Assembly: GCA_050950765.1 (NCBI GenBank)
Contig: JBMNIF010000003.1
Span: forward strand, 256,001-320,000
Direction: 5' to 3'
DNA: 64,000 bases
DNA from: Bdellovibrionota bacterium
GTDB taxonomy: Bacteria; Bdellovibrionota_C; UBA2361; JAAYZI01
Under the pieces are notes generated by a model. That model did not search any database. It saw only the letters and a program-made list of their open reading frames with translations, and was not told the origin of the DNA. Positions 41,456 to 50,559 of the stretch are shown here, piece by piece (positions within the stretch are counted from its first letter, which is position 1; each line of letters begins with the position of its first letter). The position numbers and the translations under genes were made by a program.

Positions 41456-42313
41456 TGGTGCCACCCTTCAGGGACGGTTGGGCGGGCTGATACTACAAAA
41501 CAAGTCAGCTAGATCTGAACGGAGGTTAAAAAACTGGTGCCACCCTTCAGGGACGGTTGGGCGGGCTGTAACTGCAGAACGAGTCAGCTAGATCTGAACG
41601 GAGGTTAAAAAACTGGTGCCACCCTTCAAGAAACTGGTGCCACCCTTCAGGAAACTGGTGCCACCCACCAGTGCTACTAATAATATCAGGGCGTTAGCAA
41701 AAGTTAGAATTCGGCAGTTTTGGTGCCACCCACCAAGGACAGCAGAGCCCACTAGGACGATTAAGCGGGCTGATACTACAAAACAAGTCAGCTAGATCTG
41801 GACGGGGGTAAAAAGTGGGTGTCCTAATTGAAAAAAGAAAACTGGTGCCACCCTTCTTTGTTGCAGGCTGTCGCTGGTGCCACCCACCAGTGCTACTAAT
41901 AATATCAGGGCGTTAGCAAAAGTTAGGGCTTGGCGAATTTGGTGCCACCCACCAGTGCTACTAATAATATCAGGGCGTTAGCAAAAACCTCGAGCTTGGC
42001 GAATTTGGTGCCACCCACCATGCTGCTAGGACGGGCTGCAACTTGCAGATCGAATCGGCTAGATCTCTACGGGGGTTAAAAATTTGGTGCCACCCTTTAG
42101 GGCTGCAGACGCTTTGCAAATAGGACATCCAAAATCTAAAATTACAACATCAATAATATCAGGGCGTTAGCAAAAGTTAGAATTCGGCAGTTTTGGTGCC
42201 ACCCACCAAGGACGGCAGAGCCCACTAGGACGATTAAGCGGGCTGATACTAAAAAACGAAGTGGCTAGATCTGGACGGGGGTAAAAAGTGGGTGTCCTAA
42301 TTGAAAAAAGAAA
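41456..42313 (+). repeat. Mosaic REP/BIME-like repeat cluster
   Basis: 12 copies of TGGTGCCACCC, repeated GCTAGATCT..ACGG.GGT modules, four AATAATATCAGGGCGTTAGCAAAA modules, and a ~160-bp direct duplication (41679-41840 vs 42152-42313). Confidence 0.92.
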
Positions 42314-42344
42314 GCACTTTAGGGCTGATCGCGGGGGTATCCTC

Positions 42345-42675
42345 TAAAGAACGACGGGGGTTAAAGCTTCGCTTTTTTACCCCCTCGCCTCGTATCCTTT
42401 AAACTTCGTCTCTCTTTAAAGAACGACGGGGGTAAAAAAAGCTACCGCTTTTTTACCCCCTCGCCTAAACATCTCTTTTAAAAAGCGACGGGGGTAAAAA
42501 AAGCTTCGCTTTTTTACCCCCTCGCTTCCTCTTCCAACAATCTCACATACCTCTAAAGAACGACGGGGGTAAAAAAAGCTTCGCTTTTTTACCCCCTCGC
42601 TTCCTCTTCCAACAATCTCACATACCTCTAAAGAACGACGGGGGTAAAAAAAGCTTCGCTTTTTTACCCCCTCGC
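42345..42675. repeat. Five tandem palindromic hairpin repeats downstream of rpsA
   Basis: CGACGGGGGTAAAAAAAGC-TTC-GCTTTTTTACCCCCTCG (small variants in copies 1-2) starting at 42352, 42424, 42486, 42561, 42636. Confidence 0.92.
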
Positions 42676-42690
42676 TTCGTAAATAAGATA

Positions 42691-44400
42691 TTACTTATTT
42701 TCCATCTTCTCTCTAAGTAAATCGCCAAATGTAATCGGCGCGCTTTTATCTTCGATAAACTCGCTACCTGCATCGACCTCGTCTCTTTGGTCTCCGGACC
42801 TCAAGCTTAGGCTGATGCGTCTTTCATCTCGATCAACATTTGTTACATCAGGCTCAACCACATCACCAACATGGAAGACATCACTTACACTTTGGTCTTT
42901 CTCAAGTCCGAGTTGTGAAGTATGGATCAAACCTTCAACCCCCTCCTCTACTTCAACGAAAACGCCGAAGTCAGCGATAGAGGTGATTGTTCCCTTAACT
43001 TTAGAGCCAACAGGATAACGTTGTGAAATAGTATCCCACGGATCCGCTTCAAGTTGCTTAATGCCAAGGCTTAAACGCTCATTTTCAACATCGATATCGA
43101 GCACAATGGCATCAACCTCATCACCCTTCTTAAAGAGCTCCTGAATCTCTTTAGGATCTTTAATCTTCTTCGTCCAAGAGAAATCAGAAACATGAACAAG
43201 TCCATCAATTCCATCTTCAACCCCGATAAAGATACCGAAATCAACGATCGAACGAACTTTGCCGTGAACCTTAGAGCCCACAGGATGACGCTCATGTAAT
43301 GAATCCCACGGATTCGGTGTAAGTTGTTTAAGTCCAAGATTGATGCGCTGCTGTTCGGTATCAATACCAAGAACAACCGCTTCAAGCTCTGTACCTTCAC
43401 TATATACTTTGCTCGGATTACGAACTTTTTTGGTCCAGCTCATATCGGAAACATGCACGAGACCTTCAATCCCTTCTTCAAGCTCAACAAACACACCATA
43501 ATCAGTAGTGTTAACAACTTTACCTTGAACTTTATTACCGATCAGATACTTCTCATCAACAGACAACCAAGGATCTTCAGATAACTGCTTCATGCCAAGG
43601 CTGACACGCTCTTTTTCAGGATCATACTTAAGAACAACGACAGGAACGACCTGACCAACTGAAAGCTTTTCAGCAGGATGATTAACACGTCCCCAAGAGA
43701 TGTCCGTGATGTGCAACAAGCCGTCAATACCACCAAGATCAATAAACGCACCGTAATCCGTAATATTCTTAACGGTACCTTCCATGACCACGCCTTCACT
43801 TAAGACCTTCAAAGTCTCGCCACGCAACTGGTCACGCTCCGACATCAAAACGGCACGTCGTGATAATACGATATTGCCCTTCTCTTTCGTAATTTTCAGA
43901 ACCTTAAAATCAAACTCCTCACCAAGGAATTTATCAAGGTTACGATGCGGACGAATATCTATCTGAGAACCTGGTAAAAACGCAGGTATTCCGATATCAA
44001 CTTGCAAACCACCTTTAACTTTCTGCACGATACGACCGTGTAAGATCTCATCGTTTTTAAAGGCATTCTCAACAGCATCCCAAATCTTCTTCTGATATGC
44101 TTTTTCACGTGAAAGAACGATCTGATTTGATTCGTTCTCCAAAGTAACGATCATGACATCAACTTTATCACCGCACTTGACCGAAACCTTGCCATTAATA
44201 TCTGCAAATTCCGCAATTCTAATGACACCGCTTGATTTAAATCCGATATCAACAGAAACAGTCTCTTTATTAACCGCTACAACTGTACCTTCAACAATAT
44301 TGCCAACCTTAAGTTCATCAAGGTGACCACTGTTTAAATACTTCTCAAATTCACTAGCGAAAGACCCACTACAAGGCTCGCTTACATTATTTTCATTCAT
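42691..44400 (-). CDS. rpsA: 30S ribosomal protein S1
   Basis: Six S1 repeats (TDYGAFIDLGGIDGLLH, GVFVELEEGIEGLVH, etc.). Confidence 0.98.
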   Translation of the reverse strand: MNENNVSEPCSGSFASEFEKYLNSGHLDELKVGNIVEGTVVAVNKETVSVDIGFKSSGVIRIAEFADINGKVSVKCGDKVDVMIVTLENESNQIVLSREKAYQKKIWDAVENAFKNDEILHGRIVQKVKGGLQVDIGIPAFLPGSQIDIRPHRNLDKFLGEEFDFKVLKITKEKGNIVLSRRAVLMSERDQLRGETLKVLSEGVVMEGTVKNITDYGAFIDLGGIDGLLHITDISWGRVNHPAEKLSVGQVVPVVVLKYDPEKERVSLGMKQLSEDPWLSVDEKYLIGNKVQGKVVNTTDYGVFVELEEGIEGLVHVSDMSWTKKVRNPSKVYSEGTELEAVVLGIDTEQQRINLGLKQLTPNPWDSLHERHPVGSKVHGKVRSIVDFGIFIGVEDGIDGLVHVSDFSWTKKIKDPKEIQELFKKGDEVDAIVLDIDVENERLSLGIKQLEADPWDTISQRYPVGSKVKGTITSIADFGVFVEVEEGVEGLIHTSQLGLEKDQSVSDVFHVGDVVEPDVTNVDRDERRISLSLRSGDQRDEVDAGSEFIEDKSAPITFGDLLREKMENK

Positions 44401-44447
44401 ATAAAAAAAAAGCTCCTTAAATTAATACTCAAAAGGAGCTTGCGGTT

Positions 44448-45137
44448 CTAAGCCGTCACCCCCCTTTTGGCGACGGCATCATACATATATTGTACGACAT
44501 CGGTCAACGTTTTTGCTGAATTATCTACTAAAATCGCACCTTCTGCCGCTACTGTTGGTGCCACCTTGCGAGTACTATCGCGCGCATCACGCTCTAAAAT
44601 TTCAATTTCAATATTACGTTTAATTTCATCAATAGATTCAGTGTGTTGATTATCTGAAAGCCCCAATTGCTGTAAGCGTCTGGCAACACGTACTGCACAA
44701 TCTGCTTGAATAAAGAACTTCAAATCGGCATCAGGAAAAATCACCGTTCCCATATCACGTCCCTCTGCTACAAGCCCTTTTCCTGCAAAAACATTGCGCT
44801 GCACATCAACTAACTTTTGGCGCACCTCCGGTAGAACCGATATAGTGGAGGTCGCTTCTGAAATTTTTGGCTGATGCAGAAAATCAGCAGTAATCTTTTT
44901 ATCATCAATAGTGACATCTCCATCCGTGCTTAAATCTATCTTATGTCGTTCCATCAACTGTACAATTCGTTCAGAATCATCAAACGCCACCCCATTTTCA
45001 AGCACAAGGTACCCGATAGCACGATACAACAACCCAGAACTGAAATGCATAAAGCCAAGTTTCTCAGCTAATAAACGTGATATCGCACTTTTCCCTGAAC
45101 CTGCCAAACCATCAACTGTAATAACTTTTCTTTTCAT
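44448..45137 (-). CDS. cmk: Cytidylate kinase
   Basis: ITVDGLAGSGKS, SSGLLYRA, EGRDMGTVIFPDA, RDARD; canonical cmk-rpsA order. Confidence 0.96.
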   Translation of the reverse strand: MKRKVITVDGLAGSGKSAISRLLAEKLGFMHFSSGLLYRAIGYLVLENGVAFDDSERIVQLMERHKIDLSTDGDVTIDDKKITADFLHQPKISEATSTISVLPEVRQKLVDVQRNVFAGKGLVAEGRDMGTVIFPDADLKFFIQADCAVRVARRLQQLGLSDNQHTESIDEIKRNIEIEILERDARDSTRKVAPTVAAEGAILVDNSAKTLTDVVQYMYDAVAKRGVTA

Positions 45138-45349
45138 GTTGAAGATAGTGACAGGATTTAATACTTCCCGCAAGAATATCTCCACTTCAAAAATATTATC
45201 TAACACCTGATAAATTAATATTTTTAATGTATTGACTCATACTGATTAATCCACACCAAATCTTTGCAATTATCAGAAGATAGTGCTATCTAGCTCCTAT
45301 CAATTGCCGTTCAGCCGTTTTCATAAAATAAAATATAGAGATAGTTATA

Positions 45350-46582
45350 ATGGACACTAAAAACTTAAAAAGAAAAACTCGCATTCCTTTGAGTCGTACC
45401 CTTTTAATCATCTCTTCTCTCTTTATACACTCCTATGCTGTTGCTCAAACCGCAAAACCTGAACAAGCAGTTCTTATTACTATGGACGATATGCGTCCTG
45501 ATGATATGCAATATATGAAGAACCTTGCCAAGTTTACAGAGCAGTACGGTGTTGATGTAGATAGAGCTTTTGTTTCGTGTCCCCTTTGTTGCCCCAGTAG
45601 AGCAACTATGATGACTGGACTATACGCTTCTAATCACGGAGTTATTGGGAACTCCATTCCACTTAATAAACAAACGATCTTTCAAACTTTCAAGCAAGAA
45701 AAGCCTGAAATAAAAACAGGAATCATCGGCAAATATTTAAATTCTCACGATGGTGAATATAAACCTGAGTTTGACAAATGGAGCGTCTACCCCCGTGGAA
45801 TGATCTACAACTGGTTTAATTTCCCCCTTAACCAAAATGGAGAATGGTCCTACGTTAAAGAATATGTTTCTGATTATTTCCTTGCTCAAGCAAATGAATT
45901 TGTAGATACCTACATTGATGATCCGTATTTACTCTATTTAAATTTTACAGCTCCGCACTTTCCAGCGCAATCACCGAAATCTTTTAAATTCAGTTGCGCC
46001 AACGTTAAACTCCCCCCAACGTTCAACAAGATTGATAAGAAAGCTCCTCTAAAATACAAACGCTTAACAGAGCTAGATCGTCGTCATATGCAGAAATACG
46101 CTTGCAGACGTGCCCGATCGATGGCTTACATAGACAGTATTATTGTGCCATTTATCGAAAAATTAATGAATAGAGGTGTGAAGGTTATCTTCGTATCGGA
46201 CAACGGATTGATGATCGGTGACTATCGCCAAAAAGAGAAGAGCTTGCCTTATGAATCTGTTATTCGCACACCTTTTTTAGCTTTTAATATTGATATAGAT
46301 CCGAAACGCTTAACTAGCCTAACAGACTTAGCAGTTAATTTTTATCAAGACTATGAGGTTACACCACCATACGACTTGGATGGACTGCCGTACAACTTAG
46401 ATCGCGAATCTTTATTAGTAGAGAGCTTTGCAAATCACAACAATCGCAAGATTCCGTTTACTGCCATAGTAACAAGAACAGATATTAATGTGTTTTACCA
46501 GAATCCACGAAACACAAAGGTGCTGCTAAAGCTAAAACGAAATAAAAATAAAGGCTCTAAAAATAAAGGTTCTAAGAAATAA
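45350..46582 (+). CDS. Exported formylglycine-dependent sulfatase
   Basis: ITMDD, CCPSRATMMTG (CxPxR), GKYLN, APH, SDNG, K..PYE; signal peptide. Confidence 0.9.
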   Translation: MDTKNLKRKTRIPLSRTLLIISSLFIHSYAVAQTAKPEQAVLITMDDMRPDDMQYMKNLAKFTEQYGVDVDRAFVSCPLCCPSRATMMTGLYASNHGVIGNSIPLNKQTIFQTFKQEKPEIKTGIIGKYLNSHDGEYKPEFDKWSVYPRGMIYNWFNFPLNQNGEWSYVKEYVSDYFLAQANEFVDTYIDDPYLLYLNFTAPHFPAQSPKSFKFSCANVKLPPTFNKIDKKAPLKYKRLTELDRRHMQKYACRRARSMAYIDSIIVPFIEKLMNRGVKVIFVSDNGLMIGDYRQKEKSLPYESVIRTPFLAFNIDIDPKRLTSLTDLAVNFYQDYEVTPPYDLDGLPYNLDRESLLVESFANHNNRKIPFTAIVTRTDINVFYQNPRNTKVLLKLKRNKNKGSKNKGSKK

Positions 46583-46796
46583 TTTTTTTAAGAACTTAAA
46601 GAATATCGAACTCTAAAAACAATTTAGCACGCCGCTTTACCTGCTACTTGTTAAGGCGTAGGATCTCTGCTAATTTTCCTCGCCCCTTATATAGGAAGAT
46701 CTCTTGCTTGGTGCATCTTCAATTAAGCAGGCTTATTTTATCGAGAGATTTTTTAGTAACGACTATAACGGATAAAAACGGTTGTAATTAAATAAG

Positions 46797-47480
46797 ATGA
46801 GCGATCTAATCCCCCTTTGTATTTCAGCATTTATAGTTGGTATTTTTCATGCCTTAGAACCAGGTCACTGTAAAGCTGCTATGGTAGGAGCGCTGCTAAC
46901 CAGTAAGCACCCCTATCTAGATCCGATTCGTTTAGGACTAGCTTCAGCGTTCGGTCATATGCTGGGGATAGTTTGTTTTGCCTACCTCTCATTCATATTT
47001 GCCCATGAAATTTTAGAAGAGGGCGTCTTACCGAAAGTGGAAAATATTATAGGGATCGTTATCATCAGCATAGGGCTCTATATGTTTTATCTGATTACTA
47101 AGAAACGCCACGATTCCAAGTGTTCATGTTGCTGCCAACACCACCATCATGAACATAGTAATGATTATTTTTTACCGGGAGTTGGTTTTTTAATCGGGCT
47201 AGTACCCTGCCCTACTGTCTTAGCTCTTTCACTTTCAGCGGTAAATGTAAAAACGCATCTCGGAGTTGCTGCTTTATCGGCATCTTTCGGAATAGGCGTG
47301 GCGATCTCTTTAATTGTACTCGGTGTTATCGTAGTTCAATCTAGTAAGGCACTGGCAGAGCTTCCAATTTTTCAACGAGTTTCTAAGTTTAGTGCCTATA
47401 TTCCACCAATAATCTTTATCCTAATCGGTATCGTTATGCTTTCTCACTTTACGTCTGAACATATCCACCACGTGCATTAA
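46797..47480 (+). CDS. RcnA/NiCoT-like nickel/cobalt transporter
   Basis: HALEPGH motif, central Cys/His-rich loop (CSCCCQHHHHEH), GLVPCP. Confidence 0.82.
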   Translation: MSDLIPLCISAFIVGIFHALEPGHCKAAMVGALLTSKHPYLDPIRLGLASAFGHMLGIVCFAYLSFIFAHEILEEGVLPKVENIIGIVIISIGLYMFYLITKKRHDSKCSCCCQHHHHEHSNDYFLPGVGFLIGLVPCPTVLALSLSAVNVKTHLGVAALSASFGIGVAISLIVLGVIVVQSSKALAELPIFQRVSKFSAYIPPIIFILIGIVMLSHFTSEHIHHVH

Positions 47481-47509
47481 ATTTTTATGGACATTTAAAA
47501 AGGTATTTT

Positions 47510-48091
47510 TTAGTTTCCCCCCAATCCGGTGAACCCCATAAATGACATTGAAAGGATACTTGCCACTAGCAGAGTTAACCCTGCGCCCTTTAATAATGAA
47601 GGGACATCCGCCAATTCAAGATCTTCTCTAAGCCCTGCCATAATTACAAGAGCTAATGTAAATCCAACACCACCGCCCAATGCAAATACTAAACACTCAA
47701 TAAAAGAATATCCTTTACTAGTCTGCAAGAGCGCAACCGCCAACACTGCACAGTTAGTTGTGATTAGTGGTAAGAATATCCCTAAGGCACGGAACAGAGC
47801 AGGGCTATATCTCCTTATAACCATCTCAAGGAGTTGCACAACTGAAGCGATAACAATAATAAGGGTTATTATCCCCAGATAGTTAGCGTCAAAATAAGAT
47901 AAAATCTTATGAATTCCGAAGGCACAAACTGAACTGACCAGCATCACAAAGGTAACGGCTACACCCATTCGAAAAGCCGTATCCAATTTTCCAGAGACCC
48001 CTAAAAACGGACAACATCCCAGAAAAGACACCAAGACAAAATTATTAATCAAACACGCACTGATAAAGATAAAAATTAATGAGTTATCCAT
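47510..48091 (-). CDS. rnfA: Rnf complex subunit A
   Basis: NNFVLVSFLGCCPFLGVS, GIFLPLITTNCAVL. Confidence 0.95.
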   Translation of the reverse strand: MDNSLIFIFISACLINNFVLVSFLGCCPFLGVSGKLDTAFRMGVAVTFVMLVSSVCAFGIHKILSYFDANYLGIITLIIVIASVVQLLEMVIRRYSPALFRALGIFLPLITTNCAVLAVALLQTSKGYSFIECLVFALGGGVGFTLALVIMAGLREDLELADVPSLLKGAGLTLLVASILSMSFMGFTGLGGN

Positions 48092-48703
48092 TTACGCCTC
48101 TTTGCTTTTTAGATTTTTTGTAATCCAAGCAACACATATTAGAAGACACCCCAATACGATGAAGCCACCTGCCGGTAAGATAAAAATTCCTATCGGTTGA
48201 AAAGATTCCCCAAAGAGCTTAATACCAGCAAAACTTCCGGCACCGAGAACCTCTCTGATACTACTCATCAAGAATAGACTAAAGGTAAAGCCGAGCCCCA
48301 TCCCCAAACCATCCAAGATAGAAAGCCACACACTATTTTTTGAAGCAAAAGCTTCTGCACGTCCCAGAATAATACAATTTACCGTTATCAGAGCGATAAA
48401 CGGCCCTAACGCTTGATGCACCTCCAAAGTGGTTGCTTGCAAGATATAGTCAACGATCGTGACAAACGTTGCTATAATTAAGATGTAACAAGCTATCCTC
48501 ACCTCTTTAGGGATAAAAGACTTAAGCAACGACACTAAGATATTTGAACAGACTAGAACAAAAGTTGTTGAAAGCCCCATACAGATACCGTTTATAACGG
48601 ATGTCGTTACAGCCAACGTTGGGCAGATCCCTAGCATCTGCCGTAAGACGGGATTTTCATTCCACAAGCCTCGTATAAAAACACCTTTACTACTTTGTGA
48701 CAT
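48092..48703 (-). CDS. rnfE: Rnf complex subunit E
   Basis: GLWNENPV...LGICPTLAVT, VNCIILGRAEAFA. Confidence 0.95.
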   Translation of the reverse strand: MSQSSKGVFIRGLWNENPVLRQMLGICPTLAVTTSVINGICMGLSTTFVLVCSNILVSLLKSFIPKEVRIACYILIIATFVTIVDYILQATTLEVHQALGPFIALITVNCIILGRAEAFASKNSVWLSILDGLGMGLGFTFSLFLMSSIREVLGAGSFAGIKLFGESFQPIGIFILPAGGFIVLGCLLICVAWITKNLKSKEA

Positions 48704-49391
48704 TAGAGCCCTCCCCTCTTTTTAAGATATCTAAATTCTTTTTGATTAACGGAAGTGCCTGATCAGCACTGTTACTTAAGATAGTACCAACAGCACGAGA
48801 AGAGATCGTTGCTCCTGCAATAGCAGAGACCTGCCACGCTTCTTTTTTACTCCCCTTAACAACCTCTATTTTATGCAACAGTCCATTATCATCACTAGCA
48901 AGTGGCATATCTTTAAAGTTTGCAAGGAACTCTGGATCGTACGCTATCTTATCCCCCAATCCAGGAGTCTCTTTACTCTCAATAACATTAATCCCAAGTA
49001 AACTTTCATCATTATGATTATACCCAAAAAGGATCTTCACCTTACCGCCATACCCCTCACCGACCCCTCTAAAAGCTACTCCTTGCAACTCTCCCGCTTC
49101 GTTGTAAGCAGCGTAATACTTTCTAGTATTAGATTTAGCATCAGCTATTTGTAGGGTACCGTTTGCCCCCTCTTCAAAGACAAGCATCTTATCAGCAGTC
49201 GGGATAACCTCAAGCACAGCACGACGTAAACCTTCTTCCTGATTTTTTCTGATCGGCTCTTTTGAAACCTGCACAGCTACTGCGATTAATAAACCGCAGA
49301 TAGTAGCAAGTCCCGTCAGAGCAGAGACGATCTTTAATGTCGAATTCGGTAAATTTTTAGGCGTAATCTGCACTAAATCACTATCTGTCAT
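48690..49391 (-). CDS. rnfG: Rnf complex subunit G (FMN-binding)
   Basis: GYGG, ETPGLG, AIAGATISS flavinylation motif. Confidence 0.93.
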   Translation of the reverse strand: MTDSDLVQITPKNLPNSTLKIVSALTGLATICGLLIAVAVQVSKEPIRKNQEEGLRRAVLEVIPTADKMLVFEEGANGTLQIADAKSNTRKYYAAYNEAGELQGVAFRGVGEGYGGKVKILFGYNHNDESLLGINVIESKETPGLGDKIAYDPEFLANFKDMPLASDDNGLLHKIEVVKGSKKEAWQVSAIAGATISSRAVGTILSNSADQALPLIKKNLDILKRGEGSNVTK

Positions 49392-49455
49392 AACACATCC
49401 TCGCTATCTGACACTGCAAAATATCAGCAATACAACCTTGCATCTTTCTACAAAA

Positions 49456-50559
49456 TTACTCTTTCTTAACACCATCACGATCCGTTGACTTTACGGCACC
49501 AAAGATCTTCGGCTGTGTCACTCTATTTAAAAGTGGAGTAACTGCATTTCCAATTAATATTGCATACATTACCCCTTCCGGCAGAGCACCGAAGGAACGG
49601 ATCACTACCACTAAAACACCGATTAACACGGCATAGATCCAAGTCCCAAGAGTAGTAACAGGGCTAGTCACCATATCAGTCGCCATAAAGACACCACCAA
49701 AAACTAAACCTCCCGAAAACAACATAAAGAATGGAGGAGGACACTTCTCCGTAACAAACCCCAAACAGAAGCTAAGCAATAGTGCGGTGCCGAAAATTCC
49801 TACTGGAATTCGCCAGTCCACAATCCTTTTAATTATTAAAAACAATCCGCAAAGTAAGATCACAAGCGCCGAAGTCTCTCCAACGGCTCCCGAAACTTGC
49901 CCCAAAAAGAGATCAAGCGTCTCCGCCACCTGCCCTCCACTAAATTTAAAAGCAGCAAGGGGCGTTGCTCCGGCAACAGCATCAACCGTTCCCTTCAAAG
50001 CAGAAGTAGCGCCAGCTACGGCATCTGTTTTCTGATAAAAGTTCGGTACGATATTAGTAAAAGGGATAGTTAATGAAGATGAGATAAAATGAAAAAAACG
50101 GTCTTTAGCTAACGGTTCCGACCACGTTGTAATAGCGACAGGGAAAGCAGCTTGCAAAAAAGCCCTCCCCACCAGAGCAGGATTAAAGGGATTAAAGCCG
50201 AGTCCACCAAAGATTAATTTACCTAACAAGATCGCTACAACACCGCCAAGAGAAGCGATCCAGAGCGGAAATCCAGGGGGTAACGTTAAAGCCAACATTA
50301 TTCCTGTAATAACAGCAGAGCAATCATTAATAGTTGAAGGTTTTTTGGTGCATTTGCAAAAAAGATATTCTGTAAAAACGCAACTCAACGTTGTAACAAC
50401 AACCAACGCTAAAGCGCTTAATCCGAAATAATAGATAGAGGCTGCCACAACCGGTAATAACGACCACACCACTGTGCGCATCACACCTTTGATACTAACA
50501 CCACGCCAAATGTGTGGAGAACTTCTGAGCGCCACCCCTCCCAAATAATTTTCCTTCAC
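49456..50559 (-). CDS. rnfD: Rnf complex subunit D
   Basis: SSPH, FGGLGFNPFNPALVGR, AGATPL, GETS, FMATD. Confidence 0.96.
   Translation of the reverse strand: MKENYLGGVALRSSPHIWRGVSIKGVMRTVVWSLLPVVAASIYYFGLSALALVVVTTLSCVFTEYLFCKCTKKPSTINDCSAVITGIMLALTLPPGFPLWIASLGGVVAILLGKLIFGGLGFNPFNPALVGRAFLQAAFPVAITTWSEPLAKDRFFHFISSSLTIPFTNIVPNFYQKTDAVAGATSALKGTVDAVAGATPLAAFKFSGGQVAETLDLFLGQVSGAVGETSALVILLCGLFLIIKRIVDWRIPVGIFGTALLLSFCLGFVTEKCPPPFFMLFSGGLVFGGVFMATDMVTSPVTTLGTWIYAVLIGVLVVVIRSFGALPEGVMYAILIGNAVTPLLNRVTQPKIFGAVKSTDRDGVKKE

Noticed and set aside
41456..42313. CRISPR array or coding region (ORF 41403-41591)
   Set aside because: Inter-repeat segments are themselves repeated modules; the ORF is a by-product of the repeats
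42345..42675. CRISPR array
   Set aside because: The last two spacers are identical, spacing is irregular (62-75 bp), the repeat is a long full palindrome, and no cas genes are present
46690..46796. NiCo riboswitch upstream of the RcnA-like gene (AATTAAGCAGGC resembles its 5' end)
   Set aside because: The downstream conserved elements and four-way junction could not be found
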